DNA of 64,000 nucleotides from an uncultured Clostridia bacterium (GCA_904387305.1 CAJFLB010000002.1:14761-78760), one strand, 5' to 3'; counted from the first letter of the stretch, positions 51,407 to 62,264 are shown. Notes: generated from the letters alone by a model not told the origin. A program made the numbers and translations.

Positions 51407-52931
51407 TTTTAAAATAGGGAATCATTTGTAATTTGCAAGGGGAATATATTTTATTACCATCTGATAAAAAACATAAGGCATGAAAGGTTTCTAGTTTTTG
51501 TGTAAAATAATTAGATTCATAGATATAATCATTTTGAATGTATGTACTGATGGATTCGGAAATATTAGAATTTTCAGAATTTAATGTATTGGAAATATAA
51601 CTAAAATTGGTTTCTTTTGCATTTTCGGAAACACTTTTTGAAATTCTTGTTTTTTCTTCTTTCCCTAATTGTTTTTGTGCTTCTTCAATAGTAAAAATAT
51701 CATCTGTACGAAACCAAATTTTATTGATTAGATTTTGAACAATAACTTTTACAAATGAATCATCTTTTAATGTATTTTTTAAAGAAGAATAACTTTGTGT
51801 ACTAACAATATTGATACATTTTGCTTCTCTACTTAAAGAGAAAAATTCTGCATCTGTTTTACTAACATATTTATCATATTCGTCACAGATAAAAGCAGTA
51901 GGATAGACGTTATTATTAGATAAATTGGTTAATATTTCTGTTTGAAAATCGAGTTTTAAATAAGTAGCGATAATTTTAGAAAGACTAGCATATTCAGAAA
52001 TATTCATATTTAATACGACAATTTTTCCCTTTTTTATGACTTCTTCAAAACCAGTAAAGGTGAGTTTTTCTTTAGGGGAACAAAAACAAGACATAACATC
52101 ATAATCAGAAACAAAAGTGTTGGTAATTCGAGTGATTTCGGAAATGAGTATTGCTTTTGTTCGTTGATCTAAAGCTTCAAATTCTTTCTGAAAAAAATCT
52201 AAACAAGCATTTAATTCATAAATTTCCTGTTTTTTTAATTTTCCATTAATAAAAAGTTCCTTTAAAATAGGGATTTTTTCCTTATAATATGTTGGAATCG
52301 TTATTAATTTATGAAGTTCTAAAAAAGTAACATATCCTTGATTATAAAAACGACATAATTTGATACATTCAGTTAAAACTTGTTCTGCTTTATCTAACCA
52401 ATAAGATTCTGAATTGTTTTCCGAGAATAATAAAAGAATAGTTTTTAAACGATTTGCTAATACTTGAGCTTTCAAATGTGGTTTATGTAATGGATTATAA
52501 TGAATATGTGAATGTAATTCTATAACAATTAGGTCAGAAAGTAGGTCATAAGTTTTACAAAATTCTTTTACTTGTGCATAGTAATTTCCTTTTACATCTA
52601 AAATAAGCATTGCTATTTTTTTGTTAGGATGTTTGCTATTAAATCTAAGAATTTGTTCTGTAAAAGGATACATGGCAGAAGAAGTTTTACCAGAACCAAT
52701 GGTGCCAGTAATTAAAAAATTTTGATAAAGTCCACTTTTAGGAATATATACATCTGATTTTGTGGTCTCGTTAAATCCAATGAATAATTGTAAATCATTA
52801 CAGGTGTTAGACATATTTTTTTGTTTTGTGGATAACATAAAGTTTGTATTTAACTTTTTTGATTTGTTTTTTTCTGATTTAAATAATTTTTTGAACAATT
52901 TAGAAAAGAAAAAATTTGTTATGATGATCAT
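51357..52931 (-). CDS. VirD4/TraG-like type IV coupling protein (P-loop ATPase). The canonical ATG lacks an N-terminal TM, but the frame stays open 5' to a strong AAAAAGGAGGT SD (53158) with only ATT/ATA starts.
   Basis: 524 aa. Walker A ITGTIGSGKTSS. ILDVKGNYY. Walker B-like AFICDEYDKY. The in-frame upstream extension encodes the hydrophobic ...SFFILCLSIFFVFLHFHFFHSIY. Confidence 0.55.
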   Translation of the reverse strand: MIIITNFFFSKLFKKLFKSEKNKSKKLNTNFMLSTKQKNMSNTCNDLQLFIGFNETTKSDVYIPKSGLYQNFLITGTIGSGKTSSAMYPFTEQILRFNSKHPNKKIAMLILDVKGNYYAQVKEFCKTYDLLSDLIVIELHSHIHYNPLHKPHLKAQVLANRLKTILLLFSENNSESYWLDKAEQVLTECIKLCRFYNQGYVTFLELHKLITIPTYYKEKIPILKELFINGKLKKQEIYELNACLDFFQKEFEALDQRTKAILISEITRITNTFVSDYDVMSCFCSPKEKLTFTGFEEVIKKGKIVVLNMNISEYASLSKIIATYLKLDFQTEILTNLSNNNVYPTAFICDEYDKYVSKTDAEFFSLSREAKCINIVSTQSYSSLKNTLKDDSFVKVIVQNLINKIWFRTDDIFTIEEAQKQLGKEEKTRISKSVSENAKETNFSYISNTLNSENSNISESISTYIQNDYIYESNYFTQKLETFHALCFLSDGNKIYSPCKLQMIPYFKNERSFYNEKKKNKYKK

Positions 52932-53507
52932 TGAAAAGGTAAAACTAAAAATATGTATTACTTTTATGTGTTTCCATAAAATTGGATTTTTCGAACAAAT
53001 ATCAAAAGGTTTTAATCCATACGGAATAATTAATTCTTCTGCAGTATAAATAGAATGAAAAAAATGAAAATGTAAAAAAACAAAAAATATACTTAAACAT
53101 AGGATAAAAAATGATTTTAAGAATCGTAAAAATAAAGATCGTTTAATAAACTAAGAACCTCCTTTTTCTATGAATTTTTGTTTTAATTTTAATTTTGAAC
53201 CTTGTTGATTATGAAAAATTTTGATATCAAAAAATGTATATATTGAATATAAAGTAATAAAAAGATGAATAATAAAAGAGATAAAAAATAAATCTAAGAG
53301 TGTAAAAATATAATCACCGCCTTACAATTTTTTCCATAATACAATATTTTTTATCATTTGTCTATACTTTTTGTGAAATTTGTGATAAAATTTATAAAGA
53401 TGTGTTATTATTCAGACAATATAGACCAAATAATTTATATAATGTATTTGGACAACAGATTTTTGTTTGAACTGTAACAAATAATATTTCAAATGGGAGG
53501 AATTATA

Positions 53508-53705
53508 ATGAAATTTAATAAAGATACAAGAATTGGAGAATTGTTAGAAGTAGCTCCAGAAAAAGCAGAAATATTATTAAATGTTGGAATGCATTGCATT
53601 GGTTGTCCTGCATCTCAAATGGAAACAATCGAAGAAGCTTGCGATGTTCATGGAATTGATGTAGAAGATGTATTAGAAAAATTAAATGCAGAACAAGAAA
53701 AATAA
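53508..53705 (+). CDS. DUF1858-like small protein (hybrid-cluster-protein-associated redox disulfide family).
   Basis: MKFNKDTRIGELLEVAPEKAEILLNVGMHCIGCPASQMETIEEAC. ATG follows GGGAGG. Confidence 0.6.
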   Translation: MKFNKDTRIGELLEVAPEKAEILLNVGMHCIGCPASQMETIEEACDVHGIDVEDVLEKLNAEQEK

Positions 53706-53868
53706 TATAATAAAAATAGATTATAATCATGAAAAATTTGTGAAAAATCCATAAAAAATAAGGGTGTTTAACAAAAAAACAAAAAAAATTCACAAATTTT
53801 TCATAAATCTATTGACAACTGCGAAAAAATATTGTAAACTATAAAAGCGTTCTGGATAACGCATAAAT

Positions 53869-53944
53869 GGGCTATTAGCTCAGGTGGTAGAGCACTTGAC
53901 TTTTAATCAAGTTGTCCCGCGTTCGAGTCGCGGATAGCTCACCA
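53869..53944 (+). tRNA. tRNA-Lys (TTT).
   Basis: Cloverleaf with anticodon loop CTTTTAA. T-arm GTTCGAGTC. CCA encoded. Confidence 0.85.
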
Positions 53945-53987
53945 AATGAAACTAAATAATATTTTTATTATTTAGTTTCTTATATAA

Positions 53988-54062
53988 GGCCCCGTGGTCA
54001 AGCGGTTAAGACACCGCCCTTTCACGGCGGAGACATGGGTTCGATTCCCGTCGGGGTCACCA
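53988..54062 (+). tRNA. tRNA-Glu (TTC).
   Basis: Anticodon stem-loop CCGCC-CTTTCAC-GGCGG. T-arm GGTTCGATTCC. Confidence 0.85.
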
Positions 54063-54067
54063 ATTTT

Positions 54068-54144
54068 GCCACTTTAGCTCAGCTGGCCAGAGCATCGCAC
54101 TTGTAATGCGAGGGTCCCCAGTTCGAATCTGGGAAGTGGCTCCA
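54068..54144 (+). tRNA. tRNA-Thr (TGT).
   Basis: Anticodon stem-loop TCGCA-CTTGTAA-TGCGA. T-arm AGTTCGAATCT. Confidence 0.85.
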
Positions 54145-54463
54145 TTATAAAGGTCATTCGTTTTGAGGGAAGCTCTTGATGATTGGCTTTTTTTTATGCC
54201 TTATATCTTTTTTATAGAGTAGGCTATTTTTTGCTTTCATAATTAATAAAAGTATGGAATATTTAACAGTTGATTTTTGGGAATTTCATTTGACAAAGCA
54301 TTAATAATATGTTATTATTTAAGTACATAATAAGAATGTCTAATACCGATAGATATTTGTAGAATGTATGTGTATCCGCGAATGCACATACTTTTTTTAT
54401 ATAATAATAGAGTAGACCGCGAAATCTACTCTATCAAAATATGTATTACTACATAATTTAGTC

Positions 54464-54590
54464 GTTGTCTAATTGCTTATCTTCAATTTGTTGAAACTGT
54501 TGTGAAAGTTCAAGTCTAACAACTTTCTCTCTTTCATCTAGCAATTTATCAACTAAACAAAGAATTGCATCACCGATAGACATATGTAGT
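54464..54590 (-). CDS. Possible 41-aa small ORF (MSIGDAILCLVDKLLDEREKVVRLELSQQFQQIEDKQLDND).
   Basis: ATG 9 nt after AAAGGGGGT. A hairpin AACCTTT-TCGAGCG-AAAGGTT lies in its 5' leader. Confidence 0.25.
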
Positions 54591-54992
54591 ACCCCCTTTC
54601 CGCCTTTTAGGAAAAGACTAACCTTTTCGAGCGAAAGGTTGTTATTATATTACATTAATTTACAATAAAAAACAAGCGAACATAAAAGGAATTTTGAATT
54701 ATTTTCATTAAATATCCCTAAATATATTTCCTATTTTCTTTCATTTCAGTTACTTTTATTAACACTTTTTATTTTTTGATTCATTATTTATCTTTTAAAA
54801 ATTATCAAACAAAGAACTAAAATATTCAGTATATAAAGTATCAGAAACACTGCAGACATAGTTCCAAATCATAGTTAGCAAATTATCTTTTTTTTATTGC
54901 AGGAACGACAAGGTTTTAGGTTACCAAACTGCATCTCTAATTATTAATGTTAGATCAGGTTCTTATTTTACATGTTACCTTTATTAAAAAAA

Positions 54993-55001
54993 TGGTAATA
55001 T
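54993..55001 (+). promoter_or_regulatory. Extended -10 promoter (TGgTAATAT) upstream of the sigma-factor gene.
   Basis: TG-n-TAATAT about 35 nt upstream of the ATG at 55036. Confidence 0.3.
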
Positions 55002-55035
55002 GTAAATAGATATCTAGAAAAGGAGCTCTAAACAA

Positions 55036-55590
55036 ATGAGTAATAAGAGAATAAAGGAATATATTTCTGATGGAAAAATGGATATAACCAATATCATAAA
55101 AGACTTTGCGGGATATGTTTTTATTATCATAAAAAATAGCAAATATTATTTTAACAGCGAAGATATTGAAGAAATTGCTTCAGACGTATTTCTTGCAATA
55201 TGGCAAAATAGAGAAAAATTAGATGTAACCAAAGAAATAAAACCATATATTGCAGGAATAACAAAAAATTTAATTTTAAAAAAGAAAAGAACGATTACAA
55301 ATCAGAACTTAAATATTGAAATTTTAGAAAAATCTATACAGGATAATATAGATGTCTATAATAAAACAGAAGAACACGAAAAAACAACAATTATCATGGA
55401 AGAATTAAAGAAAATGAAAGAAGAAGATAGAAAAATATTTACAAGTTATTATTATTCTTCCAAAAAAATAAAGGATATATCTAGGGAGCTTAGCGTTTCG
55501 GAAATTAAAGTAAAATCAAGATTATCCAGAATAAGAAAAAAGTTAAAAAAAGAATTAGAAAAAAGGGGGTATGGTTATGAACGAAAATAA
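55036..55590 (+). CDS. Sigma-70 family (ECF-like) RNA polymerase sigma factor.
   Basis: 184 aa. Region 2-like segment. Region 4 HTH ISRELSVSEIKVKSRLSRIRKKL. Confidence 0.7.
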   Translation: MSNKRIKEYISDGKMDITNIIKDFAGYVFIIIKNSKYYFNSEDIEEIASDVFLAIWQNREKLDVTKEIKPYIAGITKNLILKKKRTITNQNLNIEILEKSIQDNIDVYNKTEEHEKTTIIMEELKKMKEEDRKIFTSYYYSSKKIKDISRELSVSEIKVKSRLSRIRKKLKKELEKRGYGYERK

Positions 55591-56704
55591 AATAATTGAA
55601 AATATAATTGAAAAATCACAAATAAAAATAGCTATATCCGAATTTAAAGAGGAGGAAAGTAGTATGCCCAAAATCAATAAAATAGCAAAATCAGTTGCCA
55701 TAATTTTAGTTGTATTAGGATTGGGAACAGGAATCGTATATGCTACAACAAATTTGTATGAAAAAATATGGAAATCACCTACATATGTAACCCAAGAGAA
55801 AGAGGAAGAAGAAATTGCAAATATAAAGTCAGAAATAACAAATGAAGAAAAAGAAGAATTTATTACAAATGATGAAGCAAATAAAATAGTTATATCCATA
55901 CTTAGCAAGCTAGGATACACAAACGAAAATATTACGGAAACGAATCTTTTGAGAGGATATGAAAATAGTGTTAATTATATCATAAAAACAAATACAAATA
56001 AAACAATTACAATAGATCCAAAAACTGGAGAATTATATAATATGATTAACAATGATATTATGAATAAAAATGTAAATCTAGATAAAATAGATAGTCAGAA
56101 AGCAATTCAAATTGCGGAACAAACATATCAAAATTTAGGGATAGAATTGGTCAATAATGGATATGAAGTGGCTAAAGCAGAGGAAAATGGTTATACATTT
56201 GGTGAAAATAGTAATAAAATGTGGAATATTATATTTGCTAAAAAGTATGAGGATAGGTTTGATGTGGAAGATTATTATTCTATTGCCTTTTTAGTAAATA
56301 GTGATAAAGTTTACTATTATGTAGTTACTGGAAATATAAAAGGAAATTTTGAAAATAATCCAATTATTCTTACAAAAGAAGAAGCTATAAAAATTGCAGA
56401 GGAAAAAGAAAAGGAATTTTCAAATCTTGATATTTCTAGCATAGAAGCAGAATTATCTATTGAAAAAATGAATTTATTTATTTGGGGATTGGAAAATAAT
56501 ATAGATAATCATGATGGTAAATATACAATAGAAGAAAAAAGTAGAAATGTATGGGCTGTAACAGTAAAACATGATACGGAATATCCAATAAGAGAATATG
56601 ATATGGAAAGTATAAGAGAAAAATATGATAAAAAATACTATGTTGACGCAACTACAGGAGAAATTATTGGTGGAGAACAAGCAGAAATATTGCAAAATAA
56701 ATGA
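55571..56704 (+). CDS. Putative anti-sigma factor: single-pass membrane protein overlapping the sigma gene by 20 nt.
   Basis: 377 aa. Short cytoplasmic N-terminus, TM (VAIILVVLGLGTGIVYA), large extracytoplasmic domain. Gene coupling. Confidence 0.5.
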   Translation: MVMNENKIIENIIEKSQIKIAISEFKEEESSMPKINKIAKSVAIILVVLGLGTGIVYATTNLYEKIWKSPTYVTQEKEEEEIANIKSEITNEEKEEFITNDEANKIVISILSKLGYTNENITETNLLRGYENSVNYIIKTNTNKTITIDPKTGELYNMINNDIMNKNVNLDKIDSQKAIQIAEQTYQNLGIELVNNGYEVAKAEENGYTFGENSNKMWNIIFAKKYEDRFDVEDYYSIAFLVNSDKVYYYVVTGNIKGNFENNPIILTKEEAIKIAEEKEKEFSNLDISSIEAELSIEKMNLFIWGLENNIDNHDGKYTIEEKSRNVWAVTVKHDTEYPIREYDMESIREKYDKKYYVDATTGEIIGGEQAEILQNK

Positions 56705-56734
56705 AAAGGTCTTTACGAAAGTAAAGGCCTTTTC
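56705..56734 (+). terminator. Terminator after the sigma/anti-sigma operon.
   Basis: aaaggtctttac-gaaa-gtaaaggcctttt. Confidence 0.5.
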
Positions 56735-56888
56735 ATTTAGAAAAAGATAAAAAATAAATTGCTATGTATTTTTTTCTTAATTTGTGATAATCTATAGAAG
56801 TAAGATATCTAGAAATTTTAATTGTACTTATGATAAAGGAAAGGAGAAATTCGTATAACATATATTTTCATTATACGATGAAAATAAA

Positions 56889-58556
56889 ATGAAAGATAAA
56901 ATAAAAAAATATAAATACATTTTCATTATTTTAGTGGTAGCAAGTATTGGATCCATTCCTCTTTTTAGCAAAGATTTAGATGTGTATTATGATGATGGAA
57001 TTCAGCATATAGCCAGAGCATATGCAACTTATCTATCTATTGTAAATGGAGAACATACAGAAGTTTTATCTAGTTTAGCAAATGGATTTGGATATAGCTG
57101 GGATTTATTTTATGGAAATTTTTCAACAATATTAATTTTGATTGGTAAATGTATAACGACAACCTTTATTGGTGGATATAAATTAACTTTATTTATAGGG
57201 CTTTTCCTTTCTCGGGATAACCATGTATTTGTTTGTGAATCGATTAACAAAAAGTAAAGAAATAGGAACACTTGCAGCAGTTTTATACATGCTAATGCCA
57301 TATCATTTAAATGATATGTATATTCGAAATGCTTTAGGAGAGTTTTTGAGTTATATTTTTATTCCATTAGTATTTTTAGGATTGTATAAAATATTCCAAA
57401 AAGAAAAAGGAATTTACATATTATGTGTAGGTGCTGTTCGGTTTAATTTTGACACATATTCTAATGACATTGTTAACAGCTATTATGGCTGGAATATATG
57501 TATGTGTAAATATTGTAAAATTAAAAAATAGAGAAATCTTAAAACAATTAGGGATTTCTATATTATGTGTTCTTGGTATTAGTGCGTTTTTCTGGATGCC
57601 TATGTTAGAAACCTACTCTTTTACAGATTATGCGGTGTACCAAGAAGATAGTATGGCAACAACAGAATCTTTACATGAAAGTGGATTAAATATAAAAACA
57701 TTATTATATACAGATAACACAATATATGTATTTGAAGTTGGAATACCAATTTTAATTATGATTTGTTTATCTATGGTTGCAATAAAAAAAGGAATTGATA
57801 AAACATATAGAAAAGAATATATTCTATTCTTCATTTTAGGAATTTTATTTACTGTAATAACTATAAAACAATTCCCATGGGGAATATTTGAAAATATTTT
57901 TCAAATTATACAATTTAAATGGAGAATGTTATTATTTTCAAATTTCTTCTTAGCTATTATTTGTGCAATTAATATGAATGCGATTATAAAGAACTTTAAC
58001 TATAAAGATATTATTGCTATTTCTACAATCTTTATTTTATATATTGGATTATTTATACCATTACTACAAGGAAACCCAGAAATTCAAGATATTGATCAAC
58101 ATACCATAGGAGAAATTACAGAAAATAAAAGAGATACTATTGTTGGAATGGGAAAAGGAGAATATTTACCTGTAAAAAGTAATGAGAATAGAGAATATTT
58201 AAGAACAAAAGAAGATGCAATTTACATAATTAAAGGCGTGCGGAATGATTGAAGAGGTAAATAAAAATGGTCAAAGTCTAAATTGTGAGGTAAAAGCTTT
58301 AGAAAATGGAACAATTGTGGAATTTCCATATATATATTATCCAGGATATAAAATCACTGTAAATGGTGAAGAAATAGAAGGGTTTGAAAGTGAACATGGA
58401 TTTTTAGCAATTTCCTTGCCAGAAACATATAAATCAGAAATTGTTGTAGAATATGTAGGAACAAATTTAATGATTATATCAAAAGTGATTTCTGGAATGA
58501 CATTAATCAGTATCATGATATATGAAATTTATAAGAAAAAAATAAAAGGGGATTAA
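56889..58556 (+). pseudogene. YfhO-family membrane protein gene disrupted by at least three frameshifts. Four consecutive ORFs in different frames.
   Basis: Fragments of 122, 102, 273 and 103 aa are collinear. Polytopic membrane segments then C-terminal FPYIYYPGYKITVNGEEIE resembling the YfhO YDPGWKAxVDGK motif. Confidence 0.5.
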
Positions 58557-58661
58557 AAGACCCTTTTTTTTACAAATTAAAATAGTAAAAAAGTAGATTG
58601 CTATTTATAGCAGAAAATGATAAAATGAAAAAAAAGAAATTAGAGAGAAAGAGGTAAGAAT

Positions 58662-59393
58662 ATGGAAAAAATAGCAATTGTAACAGGTGGTTCAAGAGGA
58701 ATCGGAAAAGCAATTGTAGAAGATTTAGCAAGAAAAAATGTAAAAGTAATTGCAAACTATAATCAATCTGAAGAAAAGGCAAAAAAATTAAAAGAAGAAT
58801 TAGAAAAAGAAAATATTTCAATAGATATTTTTAAGGCAGATGTATCTAAAAGGGAAGAAGTAAAAGCAATGGTTGATTATACCATAAAAAAATATGGTAA
58901 AATCGATATACTGATTAACAATGCAGGAATCAATCAAGAAAAAATGTTTCAAGATATTACAGATGAAGATTGGGACAATGTTATAAAAGTAAATTTATAT
59001 TCTGTTTTTTGTACCACTCAAGAAGTTATAAAATATATGATAAGTCAAAAAAATGGGTGTATTATTAATATTTCTTCTATTTATGGCATTAATGGAGGTT
59101 CCTGTGCAGTAGCATATTCTGCTACAAAAGCAGGAATAGATGGGATAACAAAAGCTTTGGCAAAAGAATTAGGTCCTTCAAATATAAGAGTAAATTCAAT
59201 AGCACCAGGTTGTATGAATACAGATATGAATGCATATTTAACTAAAGAGGAGTGGGAGGAAATAAAACAAGAAACACCACTTGAAAAAATAGGAGAGGGA
59301 ATTGATATTGCTAAGTGTGTAGAATGGTTAATTGAAGATACATTTACAACGGGACAAGTCATTTCTATAAATGGAGGATTGGTTATTACATAA
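58662..59393 (+). CDS. Short-chain dehydrogenase/reductase, 3-oxoacyl-ACP reductase (FabG)-like.
   Basis: TGGSRGIGKAI. NNAG. Catalytic S...YSATKAG. Confidence 0.8.
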   Translation: MEKIAIVTGGSRGIGKAIVEDLARKNVKVIANYNQSEEKAKKLKEELEKENISIDIFKADVSKREEVKAMVDYTIKKYGKIDILINNAGINQEKMFQDITDEDWDNVIKVNLYSVFCTTQEVIKYMISQKNGCIINISSIYGINGGSCAVAYSATKAGIDGITKALAKELGPSNIRVNSIAPGCMNTDMNAYLTKEEWEEIKQETPLEKIGEGIDIAKCVEWLIEDTFTTGQVISINGGLVIT

Positions 59394-59398
59394 GAAAT

Positions 59399-59475
59399 GG
59401 GTCAATTGGGACCTGGTCCCAATTGACCCATTTCACTCAAAACAAAAAAGAGGCTTTTGTATGAAAGCCTCTTTT
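59399..59475. terminator. Two tandem hairpins forming a bidirectional terminator. The first is a perfect 33-bp palindrome.
   Basis: gggtcaattgggacc/tggtcccaattgaccc. Then aaaagaggcttttgtatgaaagcctctttt. Confidence 0.6.
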
Positions 59476-59478
59476 ATT

Positions 59479-59955
59479 TTATTCTTCATCATTATTTATT
59501 GCTTTTTTCTTATAATTTCCAGAAATAATTTTTGGAAGATATGTAATAATTTTGTATACAGCTAAGCGGATTTTTTTGCTCCACAAATAAGCCTTTCTTA
59601 ATTTTCTAGGAGAACCTAATGAAGATGGCTCATCTTCTAAAACTAATAATTCGGTCGGAAGTTTTTCTAAATTAAATATATAATTTTGCCCATTGTTATT
59701 ATCCCAATTGTCATTTTCATCTTTAAAACAGAAATTAAAAGTATTTCCTTCTCCTAATATAATTTCAGCTTGAAAACCTAAGTCTGTTTTTTCCATGACA
59801 ACATCATTTACATTATCCCAATTATCACCAAATCCATAGTGAATAGACACTTCTTTAGAATTATCTTGGAATAATTGTCCAGTATATGAGATTTTAACTC
59901 TTGTATTTTCAACTAACTTATCAGTATTAAAAAAAATATTTTTTGTTAATTCCAT
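59479..59955 (-). CDS. Hypothetical protein, possibly a beta-sandwich carbohydrate-binding-like domain.
   Basis: 158 aa. Trp/Asn/Asp-rich (GFGDNWDNVNDV, DENDNWDNNNGQNY). Confidence 0.4.
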   Translation of the reverse strand: MELTKNIFFNTDKLVENTRVKISYTGQLFQDNSKEVSIHYGFGDNWDNVNDVVMEKTDLGFQAEIILGEGNTFNFCFKDENDNWDNNNGQNYIFNLEKLPTELLVLEDEPSSLGSPRKLRKAYLWSKKIRLAVYKIITYLPKIISGNYKKKAINNDEE

Positions 59956-60215
59956 TTCTTAACTCTCCTTATTTATCTTTTGCTGATTACATTATAATAT
60001 TAAATTTTACAATCTTCAAGAGTTTTTTCTAAAAATAAACAAAATATCAAAAATGTAATCAATTTGTAACTATTTTGTAATAAATATATGAATTAGGAAA
60101 AGCTACTCTGAATAAGATGTATAAGCAAAGAAAAAACATTTTTAGGCAAATAGATATATTGTCAAAAAAGTAAGAATATGATAATATTTAAATAGAATGA
60201 AAAGGGGAAGATATT

Positions 60216-62264
60216 ATGAAAGAAGATTTAATGGAGGCAAAAGACTTAGAATCTAAAGAAGAAAAAATTGAAGAAACATTGCAAGACGAAAAAAATCAAG
60301 AACTGGAAACTAAAAAAGGAGAACAAGATAAAAAAGAAGAAATGGTTCACGAAGAAAAAGCAATGCAAGATGAAAAAGGAGAAAATAAAATAACAGACAT
60401 AAAAGATGATGTAAAGAAAGAAGAGAAAGAGCAAGATAAAAATCAAATAGATAAAAAACAAGATAATGAAGCCAAAAAAAAGAATGAAAAGAAAAAAGAT
60501 TCTAAGAATGAAGTCAAAAAAGAAAAAAAGAAAAATAGTAGAGAAAATAAAAATGAAAAAAAGCAAATAAACAAAGCAAAAAAAATCATTATTTCTATCA
60601 TAATTGTAGCTATTGTAGCATTGCTATTTTCTACAGTTTTTGCATTAACAAATATGAATAATGAAAAAATTATTAGTGGAGTTACAATTAAAGGTATAGA
60701 AGTTTCAAAATTAACAAAAGATGAAGCTATTGCTAAATTAGAAACTGTATATACTGAAAAAATGAATAAGAATATTATGCTTCAATATGAAGAATTGGAG
60801 TCAGAATTAAATCCAACACTTATGGAAGTCAATTATGATATAGAAAAAGCAGTAAATGAAGCATATTCTTTAGGAAGAAATGGAAATATATTTATCAATA
60901 ATTATAATATACTAGGAACACTAATTGGTAAAAGAGACTTTAATGTAGATATGACAATGAATGAAGAAACAACAAAACAAACCATTAATGATGTCGGTGC
61001 TAATTTACCAGGAATATTGATAGAATCTAGTTATAGTGTAGAAGATGATGAATTGATTATTACAAGAGGAAAAGAAGGTGTTGTTATCAATTCAGATATA
61101 CTTTTATCAGAAGTAAAAGAAATGCTAAATGATATTCATGAAACAGAAAATGTGATTGAAATTCCAGTAGAAACAAAAACACCACAAGAAATCGATGTGG
61201 ATAAAATCCATAGTGAGATTTATCAAGAAGCACAAGATGCCTATTATACAAAAGAACCTTTTACGGTTTATCCAGAAGTAAAAGGAATTGATTTTGATGT
61301 AGAAAAGGCAAAAGAAATGATTGCATCTGAAGTAAAAGATGAATATGTGATAGAATTAATTATAACCAAACCAAAAGTAACACTAGAAGATATCGGAACA
61401 GAAGCATTCCCAGATCGATTATCTACTTTTTCAACAAAATATAATGCAAGTGATAAAGACAGAACAACAAATTTAGTAATAGCTTGCCGAAAATTAAATG
61501 GAAAAGTAATTATGCCAGGAGAAACATTTTCATATAATGAAACATTAGGACCAAGAACATATGCGGCAGGTTATAGAAATGGAAAAATATACGAGAATGG
61601 TCAAGTAGTAGACGGATTAGGAGGAGGCATTTGCCAAATTTCTTCAACATTATATAATGCAGCTTTAATGTCAGACATGGAAATTGTAGAAAGAAGAAAC
61701 CATCAATTTGTTACATCATATGTTGACAAAGGGAGAGATGCGACAGTTGTATATGGGGCAACGGATTTTAGATTTAAAAACACAAGAACATATCCAATAA
61801 GACTTGTAGCATCTGCTACAGGAGGAGTGGCAACTGTTTCTGTATATGGAATAAAAGAAGCAGACAGAGAATATACATATTCATTTAGAACAGATGTTAT
61901 ATCAACAATACCATATACCACCAAGTATGTTGAGGATTCAAGTGTGGCAGCTGGTAAGGAAGTAGTAACACAAAAAGGAACAAATGGCTTAGTTTGTAAA
62001 ACATATATGACAAAAATGTTAAATGGAAAAGTGGTTTCAACAAAATTACTTTCAACAGATACCTATAGTGCAATGCAAAGAATTGTTAAAAGAGGAACAG
62101 CAGAAAATACTTCTAATCAAACTCCATCAACAACTCCACCTACAACAGATTCAGGAACAACGAATGAGTCAACAGAACAGCTTCCAGAAGAAACACCTCC
62201 AACACAAGAACCAGAAGAACCACAAAAACCGGAAGAAACACAGGAACTAGAAAATGAAGAATAA
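60216..62264 (+). CDS. VanW-family protein with an N-terminal Lys/Glu-rich region, a TM anchor, a VanW domain, a G5 domain and a Thr/Pro/Glu-rich tail.
   Basis: VanW core MPGETFSYNETLGPRT...GGGICQISSTLYNAAL...RRNHQFVTSYV. G5-like TKYVEDSSVAAGKEVVTQKGTNGL. Confidence 0.75.
   Translation: MKEDLMEAKDLESKEEKIEETLQDEKNQELETKKGEQDKKEEMVHEEKAMQDEKGENKITDIKDDVKKEEKEQDKNQIDKKQDNEAKKKNEKKKDSKNEVKKEKKKNSRENKNEKKQINKAKKIIISIIIVAIVALLFSTVFALTNMNNEKIISGVTIKGIEVSKLTKDEAIAKLETVYTEKMNKNIMLQYEELESELNPTLMEVNYDIEKAVNEAYSLGRNGNIFINNYNILGTLIGKRDFNVDMTMNEETTKQTINDVGANLPGILIESSYSVEDDELIITRGKEGVVINSDILLSEVKEMLNDIHETENVIEIPVETKTPQEIDVDKIHSEIYQEAQDAYYTKEPFTVYPEVKGIDFDVEKAKEMIASEVKDEYVIELIITKPKVTLEDIGTEAFPDRLSTFSTKYNASDKDRTTNLVIACRKLNGKVIMPGETFSYNETLGPRTYAAGYRNGKIYENGQVVDGLGGGICQISSTLYNAALMSDMEIVERRNHQFVTSYVDKGRDATVVYGATDFRFKNTRTYPIRLVASATGGVATVSVYGIKEADREYTYSFRTDVISTIPYTTKYVEDSSVAAGKEVVTQKGTNGLVCKTYMTKMLNGKVVSTKLLSTDTYSAMQRIVKRGTAENTSNQTPSTTPPTTDSGTTNESTEQLPEETPPTQEPEEPQKPEETQELENEE

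Noticed and set aside
52762-53049. 95-aa plus-strand ORF overlapping the 5' end of the coupling-protein gene.
   Set aside because: It lies antisense to the open upstream frame of the T4CP gene. It has no SD and gives a Phe/Asn-rich product.
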